A stretch of 64,000 nucleotides of DNA. Source: the human T2T-CHM13v2.0 reference genome, Homo sapiens. The notes beneath the pieces are model-generated. The model made no database searches and was not told where the DNA came from. It was given only the letters and a program-made list of their open reading frames with translations. Of this stretch, positions 1 to 13,369 are shown one piece after another (the first letter of the stretch is position 1; every line of letters starts with the position of its first letter). A program made the position numbers and the translations under genes. Where the stretch lies: assembly GCF_009914755.1 (NCBI RefSeq), contig NC_060936.1; one strand, given 5' to 3'.

Positions 1-314
1 AGTATGAGATTATTTGCTCTTCCTTAAAAGGGTTTTTCAGCTGAAATTATAGTCCTTAGAGATAAGTAAATATGCTACTTGGAGAAAGGATGAAATCAAC
101 TGTCCTTTCCATGGCTTTCTGTTCTCTATGGGCAGTAGTTATGGGAATGCCTCAGACGCCCACGCACTCTCAGAGTATGATGAGAGATCACTTGTTCTTT
201 TTATCAGATTTCTTGATTTCTTGATCAGTCACCAAAAAACACAAGGTGTCCCATATTGTCTCTTCTCCCCATAAGTCCACTACGATGTTGTGTAGTGATG
301 GTAATGTTCTATGT

Positions 315-985
315 TTGCCCTGCCTTACTTGGATTATTGCAGTAGCCTCCTAACTGGTTTCTAGGTTCCTACCCTTGTTTTCAACCTCTCTCCTGTAAAC
401 ACACATCATATTGTTTTCTTAGCATAGAAATTATAGACTGTTAAATGTGTCACATGTCATTTCTTTGCTTAAAATATTCCAATGGTTTTTCATCTTATTC
501 CAGTAATAGTCAAAGTCTTTATAGTGACCTGCAAGAAGCTACATAGTTTCACCTCCCCAAGAATCTCTCTGACCTCTTTCTTCTCTTCCATTCCACTCTA
601 CTCCACCTAAACTGGCCTTCTTTTTGCAGAAATAGGCCCTTTCACTTGCTGTTTCCTTTTCCTAAAATACATTTGTCCATATATCCACATGATTCACTCT
701 CTCACTCTTTTCAGATCTTTGCTTAAATGCAATCTTCTCGCTGAAATATTCTGGTTATTCTGTTAAAAATTGCAACTCTTAATATTATTTTTAGTCTCAT
801 CAGTTTTCCCCATTATAGCTATTACTGACACACTGTGTATTGAAGTATTAATTTTCTTATTATGTCTCTTTCCCTTTAGAATGCAAATTTTGTTTTTAAA
901 GCTCTTTTGTTCATTGCTATATTCCCATAGCCTTAAACAGTGACTTACATATAGTAGGTGGTAAATAAACATTTGTTGAATAGAT
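315..985 (+). mobile_element. L2 LINE remnant (3' end)
   Basis: ggattattgcagtagcctcctaactggt start; L2 tail acatatagtaggtggtaaataaacatttgttgaat. Confidence 0.75.
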
Positions 986-1486
986 GGTTCTACAGCTAGA
1001 GGATTAGAAAGAAGTGTCTTCTGAGAAAGGACTTTGCATTACCTTAACCAAACATGAGGACTAAGAAATGGAGGGCTCACTGAATCTGTTCTCAAAAATT
1101 CATGGAAAAGGCAGAAGGCCACAGCCTCCTGGTTATCACTTATGTCAGCAAGGTTACAAACCAGGGAGCTTGACGTTAAGAAACCTGCATGATTTCTTAA
1201 ACTCTACACATTCCCAAATATGCTATTTTCATAATTCTCTATCCATTTCTAGGTAGTAGTTTACAATGTTACACTTCTCAGTAACAGTAAGATAAGAGAG
1301 AAGGGTACAGTATATGAAGTCCAGTTTAAAAATAAGATTACAGGTGTGGGAGTTCAATTCTGTAAGAATTAAAGTAGATGAGGATAGCTTAAAGGCTTAA
1401 AGCAGCTTAGGCCTGTTGCTTCTGTGGTAAGGGACATAAGAAAGCATGGGAAGCCAGTTTGGGCCTACAACAGGTCCTCAGGGTTC

Positions 1487-1706
1487 CAGGGGTGTCCAAT
1501 CTTTTGGCTTCCCTGCACCACATTGGAAGAAGAATTGTCTTGGGCCACACACAGAATACACTAACATTAATGATAGCTGATAAACTTTAAAAAAATCACA
1601 AAAGAATCTCATAACATTTTAAGAAAGTTTAAGAATTTGTTTTGGGCTGCATTCAAAGCTGTCCTGGGCTATATGCTGTGCACAGGCCGCAGGTCGGACA
1701 AGTTTG
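1487..1706 (+). mobile_element. MER30 hAT-Charlie DNA transposon (full length)
   Basis: Ends caggggtgtccaatcttttggcttccctg ... ggtcggacaagtttg match MER30. Confidence 0.88.
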
Positions 1707-2007
1707 GTAAATAGTGGGAATGTCTTGGGGTGCTCAGACACCCCAAAGCAAATGTCATTGGTAATGGGTTATGTACACAACATAGTTCTAGGTTGACCCA
1801 AAGATGGCAAAGATGCTCCTTGATTTGTAGGTCAACCCAGTTCTGATAGAGCCAAAGAGAGTTTTCAACATTTAGAATATACAGGTTAAGTAGCTGAAAA
1901 CATAAATGATAGGCAAAAACAAGAAGAAAGCCCAGTTTAAGACCCTGATAATGGACGGAGCCAAAGATGGGAAATACAAAAGAAGGAAGAACACAGTATC
2001 TGGAGTA

Positions 2008-2435
2008 AGTATATTCATTTTCTGTTGCTGCATAACAAATTGCCATGAGCTTAGTGGGTCTGAACAGAACCCTTTATCATCCCATAGTTTCTGTGGTCAG
2101 AAGTCCTTTGCTCAGCATCTTGCCAGGCGACATTCAAGGTCCCAGTTGGGATTGCAGCCTCTTCAGAGGCTTGACTTGGAAAAGATTTACTTCCAAGCCT
2201 CCCCAGGTTGTCAGTAGACTTCAATTCCTCAAAGTTGTGAGATTAAGGTTTCACTGTTTTGCTGGCTGTCAGCTGGGGCCACTCTCAGCTAACAGTCTTA
2301 TGGAATGTAACTTTTAATTATGTAAGTGGCATCCTATCACCCTTGCCATTTCCTATAGGTTAGAAGACAGTTACGGATTCTACCCACACTCAAGGAGAGA
2401 GGACAGGACTCATTAGGGGTGCCTGTCACACCCAC
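2008..2435 (-). mobile_element. MLT1-type MaLR LTR
   Basis: ttttctgttgctgcataacaaattgccatgagcttagtgg... is a typical reverse-strand MLT1 end. Confidence 0.7.
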
Positions 2436-2559
2436 ACAAGGATCATAGATCTTCAGACAATCATATTTCAGTCACAGGCTGCTGCCATACATGGTAGCAT
2501 GGACTTCTGTGTAGACTAAAATGATTTACTAATTCTAGATGTAGAATTGAACATTCTAA

Positions 2560-3232
2560 ACAGTAAATCCTTTCTCTCCCTTATCATCTCTATGCAATCA
2601 AGCATTAGCTTTTGTTAATTATGCCTTTCTGAGACCTCTGAAATCTGTCCACTTTCTCTCCAAGCCACTCACTATAGTGTCAGGGCCTCATCCTCCCAGT
2701 ATAATCTATTCCTCATAGGGAAGCCAGAGAATTTTTTTTCAAATTGTAAATTTAATAACATCACTCTTGATTCAAGCTCTTTACTAGCTGCCATCGTATT
2801 TAGGTTAAATCCCAAACTTCTTAACACAATGTGCACTCTACTTAACTTTCCAGCTTCATCTCTCTCCAGCCTCCCCTTGAACTCCATGATCCAGCCAAGT
2901 TAACTGTTTCTTCATTTTACAAAGGTTCCTTGTTTTCCCTTGTCTCCACTTCTGCTATGCTATTTCTTCCACTCTAAAGACATCCCTATCATTTATCCCC
3001 TCTCTCCTCAGTCAATTCCAACTTGGCCCATTCCTACTCATCTTCAGCTCTGTGACCTCTGATGCCTGCAAGCCTGAATTCAGTGTTGCTTCTATACGTT
3101 CTCATAGATCCATGCACTTCTCTTATCCTGGCACTTACTGCTTTATCAGGATCTGCCTGACTTGTTAGCCACAAATCCCTAAGGCTAATGGTGACCTGAC
3201 CTAGTGATTGCTGAGCTGCTGTTGAATGAACA
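2560..3232 (+). mobile_element. L2 remnant
   Basis: tctgtccactttctctcc, atcactcttgattcaagctc and tgttgaatgaa motifs. Confidence 0.65.
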
Positions 3233-3280
3233 AATGCCAAGTATCATGGTAAGCACTATCTTGTCATTGTCCTGGATGCC

Positions 3281-3685
3281 TAATATAGTTTGGATCTGTG
3301 TCCTCACCCAAATCTCATGTTGAATTGTAATCCCCAGTGTTAGAGGTGGAGCCTGGTGGGAGGTGTTTGGATCATGGGGCAGATTTCTCATGAATGGTTT
3401 AGCACCATCTCCTTGGTGCTGGCCTCGCGATAGTAAGTGACTTCTCATGAAAGCTGACTGTTTACAAGTGTGCGGCATTTCGCTGTCTCTCTTGCTCCTG
3501 CTCCTGCTATGCGATATGCCTGCTTGCCTTCTGCCTTCTGCGATGATTGGAAGCTTCCTGAGGTCTCCCCAGAAGCAGGTGCTGCTACGATTCTTGTATA
3601 GCCTATAGAATCATCAGCCAATTAAACCTCTTTATAAATTACCCAGTCTCAGCTATTTATATCAATACAATAATAGCCTAACACA
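3281..3685 (+). mobile_element. MSTA-like solo LTR (MaLR)
   Basis: taatatagtttggatctgtgtcctcacccaaatctcatgttgaattgtaatcccc ... aaattacccagtctcag ... cctaacaca. Confidence 0.88.
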
Positions 3686-3756
3686 ACACCTTACAGTTAT
3701 TTTTTTACAGGGTTAAAATGTATTTTAAAAAACCCTAAATATTGCATATGCAATAC

Positions 3757-4800
3757 CTTTTTATTTTGAGATAATTTTAGACATATAAAAGTTATGAAAA
3801 TAGCACAGAACAGAGAATTATGTATTCCTTCACTTAACCAAAATGCAATTATCAAGACTAAGAAATTAATATTGGTGCAATACTATTAACTAAACAACTG
3901 ATTCAACTGGATTTCACCAGTTTTTTCCAATAATGCTGTTTTTTTCTCTTTCCAGTATATGATTCAACACCCCACACTGTATTTACTTGTCATGTTTCCT
4001 TGGCTTTCTGTAATCTGTGACAGTTCCTCAGTCTTTCCTTGTCTTTCGTGACCTTAACACTTTTAAAGAGTACTGGCCAGCCATTTTGCAGAGTGTCTTT
4101 GATTTCAGGTATGTCTGATGTTAACCCATAATGAGGATAAGCATTATTGGAAAGAATGCCAGAGAAGTGACGTGCCCTTCTCAGTGCATCATATAATCAT
4201 GTCAGTATGTCTCATTCCTAGCTATGCTAACCTTTAGTATTGCTTAACATAGTGTCTGCCGGATTTTTTTCACCATAAAGTTACCACTTTTCTCTTTGTA
4301 ATGAATAAATATTTATTTAAGGGGAGAACTATGGGATTATGCAAATATCCTGTTTCTGCTTAAATTTCTACCCACTAAATCTATTGATGGCTGCTTTTAG
4401 TGATTATTCCTCTGGTATTCTAATGTTCTATTCCACTCATGCATTCTATAATTTGTTAATTGGAATTGTGTTCTAAGGATGACTTGCTGTTTCTACTGCC
4501 TTTATTCAGTTATTTGTTTCGGTATGGCCTCAGGGATATCCATTTTATCCCTTGAGTTATATTCAGTAATATTTTTGGCTTTACGCTGTTATTTATTTTG
4601 CTTAAACTGTATAACTCCTGCCATGGGGAACTGTTTTTATTTGAGGTTGGTAGACATGCCTCCACCCTTTCATTTTTCAGCACTTCCTTACTTTCAGACA
4701 CCACAAGATGTTCCATACCAATCTTCATCCCATGCCCCAACCTTGAATCTAATCACTTCTCCAAAAACTCCATCTGCCTTCTATTGGAGAATTTATATCT
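3757..4800 (-). mobile_element. Old L1M (L1MC/MD-like) 3' fragment
   Basis: tttattttgagataattttagac...; gtgacagttcctcagtctttccttgtctttcgtgacctt. Confidence 0.7.
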
Positions 4801-6825
4801 GTGTCTGAGAACACTGTGATGGCTTTAACTCTACACTCATCCCATGCTGCCCACACTGGGGCTCTCTGTCTCACTTTTGGTTCCCTCAAAGAAAGATAAA
4901 CTCAAGATGACAGCTTTAGAAACTTTTATGGGTCCACAATATAATAATGAACACATGACCATATAATATAGGAACAAGAGTGCTGTACTTAGAGCTGGAA
5001 GATATTCCTGATCATCTGGTATTTTCACTCTGGGTCTGGTTTGGATGGAAAAATATTGTAAGTAAGAGAAAGTACAAGTATAATTGCAAATGAGAGAAAT
5101 CTGCCTTAGAACGCTTTGGCTATCATTTCCCCTGGATGTGTTATTTCCTAAGTTTCAGTGGTAGGTAAACGATTCAGGTTATTATTAATCCTATAGAAAG
5201 GAGCAAATTGGTGAAAAGAGGCTTGCTTCTTTTTATTCTTACTTTCCCATCCCTCCCTCCAAAAGGATTTGAATGTGAGATTTCACATTGACAGCAGGAA
5301 AAAAAAGTAAGTACCTTTACAAGAACAATCAAAACAATGACTCATGAACTCTGTGCAAGAATTTAAGATTATTTCCCTGTTTTGAGAACCTTCAGGGGAT
5401 TGTGCTAAATCATATGCTGACAGGTGAAAAGGAGAGAGTGCGCAGCTGGGGGACATCTATGTTTGCATGAAAAACTTTTGCAGGGTTCAGGCTGCGCTCT
5501 AAATAACAAACACTGGTTTCCTTCAACAGCACATTCCAGGCCTTGCTGTTAGGGAGCAAAGGCAAGACATATTTAAGTATAATCGTGAATGATCATTCAG
5601 AAGTCACTGAATGGCCTCTTGAAACACTCTTTTCCTATTCTCTCACATATTGTCTGCTACTCCTCGGTTCTCAAAATATATACACTCTCCCCTCAGAACA
5701 TGTGCTTTTGAAAATCAGTTTTATTAGACTGAATGTTTTTAACTTAAAAAACAAAGAAGAGGAAGAAGGAGCCCGATCTCCCTAAAAAAAAAAAAGCTTG
5801 GTGTTCAATGAAATCTCTATTATGAATGCCACACTCTTCCTGCCATTCCATCATCTCAGATTCATACACTGTATATAGAGCCTTGGTGTTGCTTAAAATC
5901 TTGGAGCCCATCTCTTCCAAGAATGCTTAACATGATGTTCAGCGTTCAGATGCCAAGAAAGGAGTTCTATTTTGCTTTATTGGTTAACAACAGCAGGATC
6001 TCTTGCTGTGTCCATTTTTCACCCTCTGGTTGCTGCAGGATGTTGGGCTGAATGTGTCTGACCACTGAGAACTTAATGAAATTCACAGAGGAAATCTTAC
6101 ACGGGGCAATGGGTTCTCTAGGTGCAATTTCCACAACCACGTCAATATCCACTATCTCTATAAGACCAATTTCCAGGCTGCCAGATGGCACATGGTAACT
6201 GATGCCAAGGATTCAGTCCTTTATAGCCATCAAAAATTGATAGTTTTTTTCCATTTGTTTTGTTTTCTAAATGTCTATATACATTACCTTCCAGCAAACA
6301 CTTTGTGGAAAGGTTTAATCTACTACCCAGAAAGCTAGAGAGCTTGTCAAATTAATGCTTGCAAAGTGGCTTGAATAAAGCCCTTCTGAACATCATTATA
6401 GTCATGGCTAATGAATAAATAACTGCTGACATGGGAAGATTCTAGATAGCCCACGAGATATGATGGCAGAGTTGAGGAGATTTCCAAAATGCCTCCAGGA
6501 ATACTGCCTTGGGTAAGGTCCAAAACGACTGGGATGAGCCCAAGCTGTCACAAATGGAATGACATACAAACCCTATAAGACCATCCTGCCTCCCCTTTCC
6601 ACCTCTCACACAAGTGGCACTGCTCAGAATGCCAAGGGTGCCTGATTAGGGAACGAAGAGTTGGAGCAACAGAGAGGCCATTGTTAATCTTTGCTTTCTT
6701 GCCCACTCATTTTCCTCTTGCTAAGTAGGTGGCCTTCACCCTATTCCACAAAAGATTATGTATTCCAGTTCCATAACTTCCCATGGAAAATTTCCACTTA
6801 ACTTCTTAAGGCACAGCAAGCTTGG

Positions 6826-6826
<1 letters not shown>

Positions 6827-6877
<51 letters not shown>

Positions 6878-6886
6878 ATGTGTGTG
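6827..6886. repeat. (TG)25 microsatellite with imperfect extension
   Basis: Pure TG 6827-6876. Confidence 0.98.
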
Positions 6887-8269
6887 TTGTATTCTGTTGG
6901 TTTAGTTAATTACCCAAATCCATTCAGCATCTATTCGTCTCAAATTGAACTGCGGTCAAAGGATGGGAGGAAATCAGTAACTGCTGCCATATGGCACCAA
7001 ACTGAGACATGCAGATACCTAGAAGTTGCATCACTAATAATAATTACATTGCTAATATGCCACCCACCTTCCTGGAAGGCTCACAGCTTTGGTTCTCATC
7101 CTGCTCCCTATTAATATCTCCAATTCATGACTTAAATCAAATGCATGAATAACTTAAGGTGAAAAGCCACTCCACCAGCTGCTTTTGTGTGTCTTGGGAA
7201 AGTTTTTCAAGCCATATGGACAAACATACGTGGAAGGGACATAGGTGTCCAGCATAATGCTCAATGGTTTGCATATGTGCCCCATCCAAAACAATACCCC
7301 AAAGCTAGGTGTGGGAACTTTGACTGCCTAAAGAGTATGATTCAATGACTTCTCTCCCTCTTTCAGGCCATTTAAAATCTGAGAAAGGCATTTCTATTCC
7401 TCTTCAAGTTTCCATGGGTAAGCTCTGCCTGGTCAACAATTTGTTGAACTGGATTCATGTTAAGTCAAATGAGAAAGCAGTCAGGTAATATCTATAGATA
7501 CGTAGGAGTGAGCACATTGCCCATCCCTGTTTAACAGTATGGATGCAGCTCTATGGAAAAGGAAAGAAAAATCATTTCACTTTACCATCTCTTCTGACTG
7601 AAGAAATGACTGTGGCTTCAGCTTCCTGAACTGAGATAATTAACACTGTCAGCTTATTACAAGGCTGGCATAAACATGCTGGAAATTGACACCTTGTCTT
7701 AATCATTCTTTTCCCCTGAGGAAGTATTTCTCAAACAGATGCAACCTCAAGCTAGGGCTTCATATTAACAACCGTGTTCAACGTCTAAGCCCTGGTATGA
7801 AGGTCAATCAGGTCCTCAGCTCCCAAGACTGTAGACCTTGCACCAAAAATATGCTTGGGGTCAACTCAAACACATGAATGAGAGAAAAGCTTTTAGCGAT
7901 TGGTGAGCATTTAGTTTACACTAAAAATGAAACACATACTGCCGCTCTCTGGGATGAGAAATCATTTCTAAAGAACTTTAGAAGTGGTGATTCTACAATT
8001 ACTGTCAGTAATTCATTGAGGTAGGTATTTTGTACATAATTATACTGTACTAGAGAGGAAAGGCTATTCTTAAGCATTCATAGCAGTTTATATTTTTACA
8101 AATGTTGTGCAATCCTTCTTGACTGCTGACACTGAAACGAAACAGTCGTAGGTGAGAATGAGAAGAGAAGTGAGAATTCTAATCATAAAATAACCAAACC
8201 TCCTAATTGTTAGTATCTCATGAGACCACAGGTCTATTCAATCACAGGTCCTGGGCTTCAGTTTCATGT

Positions 8270-8900
8270 ATAATGAGAGCTAACTTTGAGTATTTATTAC
8301 GTGTCAGGCAATGTTCTAAAGCATTTTCATGAATTATTCTGCTTAATACTTACAATGACAATCTGAAGCAGTATTTTATTCTCCAAATATTTACTGAGCA
8401 ACTAGAATATGTCAGACAAACACACAAAAATGCCTGTTTTCTGTAACTTAGATTGTAGTGCAACCAGGAAGCAGAGAAGCCAAGATTTGAATCCAAGAAG
8501 TCTGACTATTGGATTATAAAACTATTATAGTTAGCAGGCATCATAAAATGCAGTCTCTCTTGGAGACCAATGAGAATCTCATAAATCATAAACAATTCAA
8601 TGTGAAACAATTGGGAGATGTTTGTGTCCTAGGCCTGATATTACTGGATTCCTAAGACTGAGCTATTCTTGACTGGAATAGTCTGAGCAAGGCCAGAAAC
8701 TGAAAAGATCTGGCATTTGGAGTGAGCACATATGAGTTCAGGTACCAGCTCTGCCACTTAGTAGATACATGCTTTGGGAAAGTTGTTAAACCTATGTGAG
8801 CCTCAATTTCCTCATCAATAAAATAGGGGACTTAAAATAACAGAACTTAATTCATTGCATGTTGGTAAGCTATTAAAGGCGACAGATCAAATAAAATAGT
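8270..8900. mobile_element. Cluster of MIR/L2 fragments
   Basis: gagtatttattacgtgtcaggc; gagttcaggtaccagctctgccacttag ... tgagcctcaatttcctcatc (MIR core). Confidence 0.65.
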
Positions 8901-9864
8901 CGGTAGAGTGCCTGATATTGTATAAAGTAAGCCATTTTTATTATTTGCCTTTATGGGCCCTCAAACCTAGACAATAAAATATAAGAACCTAATTTAAGTC
9001 ATTTTAGGAATGTGAGCCTTGCACTTTATAAATTCCTGACTATACGGAAGGAAGCAGAACTGGTCTATAGCCCACCTGTCTTCAGTATGTGTGTGCACAG
9101 TGGTGGGCGGTGCAGAGAAAAAGGACGGGCTGGGCCTGTATTACCCAGGAGCACCATTCAGCTCAGCCTGTCTTGGTTGCTGAGTCCCTTTTGCCCAAGG
9201 AGACTGGCTCTTTCCTCCTGTGTCACCAGCTTTGCTTCCTGTAGGTCTTGCCCTCAGAATAACTGTGTCATCCAGGACTCATATAAAGCAAAGATGCCTG
9301 AGAATCACAAACTGATTTGTCTATAAGGACATCACCTGGCCTGGCCACTCTACGCTTGATGCATTGGTTCTTTTTAGTTCTCAACCTCTGGCTCTATTTC
9401 CTTTTCTCTCCATTTTCCTATCTTGTCTCTTGGTGAGGAGGCATTCACTTATAAATCTAGATGGTTCAACTTACTGTTATGAGCTCCTCTGTTTTGTGTA
9501 CCGCTCTCAATGCACCCCTTTCTTGGTCGAAAGGGGTGCAGAACTCAACTCCATTCAGGCCATGCCTAACCCAAGTGATCACTCAATGTGATCCTTTAAA
9601 TTTGGAAATTAACCAGCTATGACTCTTCAGGATGTTGGTCAGCTCCATCCATTTGGTGTTCCCATCTGATTGGGGCTCCATTCCTGAGTTTCCAAATGCT
9701 ATTTTGAACCTCAGAGCAAGGGGGAATATGTGTGCATAGGCTCAGAAACTTCACTCTGTATAGAATATGTTGATACTCAGCAATATCTTCTTGTTTAATT
9801 TCAGTATACATATGAAATCAAAGCATCTGGGAGCCACATTCAATTTTTATGTATAAGAATCCAA

Positions 9865-10490
9865 GTTATCACAAACTTAGTGGCCTACAACAATCAAATT
9901 TACTATCATAGAGTTCTGTAGATTAGAAGTATGACACAGGTCATGAAGGTCTCTCTGGAGGCTCTGAAACAGGTTCCATTTTCCTGCCTCCTTCACCTTC
10001 TAGAAGCCACTTAACATTTCATGGCTAATTATCCCTTTCCCCTATCCTCAAAGCCAGTAACCTTATATTTCTGCGACCATTCTTCCTTTGTCACATCTCC
10101 CCCGACTTCAGCCTCTGACCTCAGCCTGGGAAGGTTCTTCGCCTTTAGCGAATCATGTGACTAGGTTGGGCTCACCCAATAATCTAGGGTCACTTCCCTG
10201 TCTAAAGGTCCATTACTTCAATCACATCTGCAAAGTCCCTCTTGCCATGTAAAGAAACATATTTATAGGTGCTACAGATTAGAGCATGAACATCTCTGGA
10301 GGTCATTATTCTGCCTATCACAGTCTTCTCTCTGGTCCCTAAAGATTCACATCTGTTTCACATGCAAAATATATTCATCTCAAGGTCCTCAATATTCTCA
10401 ACCCATAATAGTGTCTACTCAAAGTCCAAAATCTCATCAGCTCAAAAATCCTATATCTCATCATCTACCTTATATAAATCAGGCATGGGT
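9865..10490 (-). mobile_element. MLT1 LTR plus adjacent MLT internal sequence
   Basis: acaaacttagtggcct ... cacatctgcaaagtccctcttgccatgtaa ... attctgcctatcaca, then cacatgcaaaatatattcat ... tcaaagtccaaaatctcatc. Confidence 0.75.
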
Positions 10491-12808
10491 GAAGCTCAAA
10501 TTGGCAACGTGAGGTACTCTTTTTCAATGTAAATGTTCTGAAATAATTTAGTTGCTATCATTTCTATTGGTTTACACATTTTATCAAATGTTTCCATTTG
10601 ATTATGGCATTCTGAGGCACTTTTATCAAAAGTGCCATGAGTGGCTTTTATTTTTTGTTTTTTGTTTTCTGCAAGTTCCCATATGTCTACTGTATGTCAT
10701 TTCAATCTTCGTATTCTTAGTCCAACTCTGAGTCTACGTTGGAGGTAGACACTTGTTTTCCTTACATTCCTATATTCTAGACTGGTATTTACCACATATG
10801 GAGGAAAAAGCTAAACATAAGACTAAATATTGAACCCCTTGGTATCTCAATGTTTTCCATCTTTTAAATCTAAAAAACATCAAAATCCATAGATGATTTA
10901 GGTTCTGATTTTCTAGGATAGTAGTTTTAGCCAACATACATATAGATACAGACACACACACACACTCACTCATATACACACATTCATCAAATAACAGCGG
11001 GGATTTGAAAATTATACAATTTAATATAGCAGTTAATGCAGTGTCTTTAGTGCCTTAGAAGTTTCGTTTTATTTCTACCTGTACCAATGCACCTTCATAG
11101 AGAAAGCATTCTAAGATTAAAATAAATTTCAGATTTCTTGGCAATTCCTTTCTTTTAGTACGTTTGCATTTGCTCCTCTATAAAATGAAACTCCTTCATT
11201 GTAAAAAAATTATTTTACAGTAACTTTTGGGCCATTCAAACTAATACACATTAGAAATAAAACATATTAATACTGGGAACAATATTGTAACTCCACACGA
11301 AGTGCACAAACTTAGAATAAACTTGGCTGAGTAGACAAAGGCATTTGGTAGACTATAATGAATACTCTGTAGATGACCAAGAAAGAAATGTTTATTTACT
11401 GAAAACTATGGCAATGCTACATTGCATAATTAAAGATAATTTTTAAAATCTTGTTTCATCATACTTTGAATAAAACACATTTACAAGAGCTCGTGTTTTC
11501 TTAGTGATGCTTGGCTTGAGGAATTTTTTAATTTGTAGTGAACAAAACTTCCTTTCTAATGAACCTGAAAAAATGACCTGAGAAAACTGTATGGTAAAGT
11601 TTCCAGTTCTTCATCAAAGCTATGTGTGCCAATCATTCATCCAAAAAGCACCATCATCATGTAATTCTGAATAATCAGTTACAGAATGAAAACATAGCAA
11701 CCATAAATGACAGTGGTCTTTTGCATTTATGAAAAGCATCATCGTTTTTAACAATATTTATTGACTTAGAAGTCATGAATTATTCATGGCAGATAAAAGA
11801 TCTCTAGTTATCTGATGGGATCCAATTCTACCCAACCTGCCCTCATAAAATGTTTGAAGCTTCCTGGCATTTTGCCCTTTGTAGGGGCTTGATTCTTCCA
11901 GTTATTTGATTCACAAGAACATCTTGTATTTTAGTGAAGAATAAAACACCCTCCTATTGTGATGAATAATGAAGAAAATGTCTTCAATCCAATATTTTGA
12001 ACACATATCATCATTTAAAAATTCCAACTTGACTATATATTTTCCTTAATGTTGACATGTTAGGACTTTTGTGTTTTTAAAAGGCTTCTGAGTTTTGCTT
12101 CTGGGGCTATGCCAGGTCAAATTATTAATGTATCCTCCCTTTCCACTGAGGATATTTGACACGCTTCGCATTTTTTACATATTAAATATTATGCTCTTCT
12201 ATCTTCCTTTACAATTTCCATCCTCCTCCCTTAACACTTCCTTCACATACTGCTGGGCCCTAAAAGCCAAATAAGAGGTTTTAACATGAAATCATAGGCA
12301 GAATTTGGAACAAAAATATTATTTTTAAAACTGAGTTGACTAACAATATAAGGTAAGGCCATAAGATCTTTTAGTAGTTTAATCACAGTTTCCTCCATTC
12401 TGGTTCCTCACTTTTTTTCTAGCAATGGCTCAGGTTAAGTACTTTTCATGGATACTGATTAATCTAAATGAGTATTCTAAGTAACATGGAAGAGAGGACA
12501 AGGGAGGGAGAAGGGAAGAAAATATTTGTCGAGTGTCTACAATGTACTTGGCATTTTGTTAGAAATTTTTAGTTCTGTAAATCAACTCAGACACCAGAGC
12601 CAAATTGCCTGAGCTGAATACTAGCTCTGCTGAAATCCCATCACTGCCTGTAAGATCTTGGGCAATTTACTTACTTTGCACCTCAATCTTCTCATATATA
12701 AGAACAAGGTGAATACATAAAGTAGTTCTGATGAATTTATGAGTTCATCTGTGTGAAGTACCATGGCAATGGCTGGCTTATGGTAAATGATATGCTAATA
12801 TCATTACC

Positions 12809-13049
12809 TAATTAATATTAGCTAATAATAGTAATTAATAATAATAATTAGCTAATATTAATTATTAGTAATTAACAATAATAATAATTAGCTAATATTA
12901 ATTATTAGTAATTGTTAGTATAGTAATAATTATTAGTAATAATAGTAATTAACAATCATAATAATTAGCTAATATTAATTATTAGTAATAATTAGTGTTA
13001 GTAATTAGCTAATATTAATTATTAGTAATTGTTAATTACTATTATTATT
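12809..13049. repeat. AT-rich minisatellite with inverted units
   Basis: Repeated attagctaatattaattattagtaat units; the first copy and the end segment are reverse complements of internal units. Confidence 0.9.
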
Positions 13050-13369
13050 GTTCTATCTCACTTGATTTTGGTCCATAAAAGCCCTAATATAAGATGGCTG
13101 TTTTCATCAGCATGTTACAGCAGAGGAGACTAGGGTTCACCAAAGTTAAATAAGCTGATCACTCACACAGTTAATAAGTGGTCTGTCTTATTCCAAACAC
13201 ATGGTCCTGCCAACGAAGGGAAAGAGGGCTAATGAGTAAGCTCTGTAAGGTATTAAAAGGACCTTTCCTATGACTGAATCAGTAAGATCTCAAAAGCCCT
13301 TCTTCCTTCCTAATCAACATTTAGTTCCTATCCCGTTCTTTCATTACTTTGTTGTCCTTTTAAACATTC

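Noticed and set aside
5967-6191. 74-aa minus-strand ORF overlapping an AATAAA, as a possible RERG terminal exon
   Set aside because: GTG start, no Ras motifs or recognisable homology, and no convincing acceptor.
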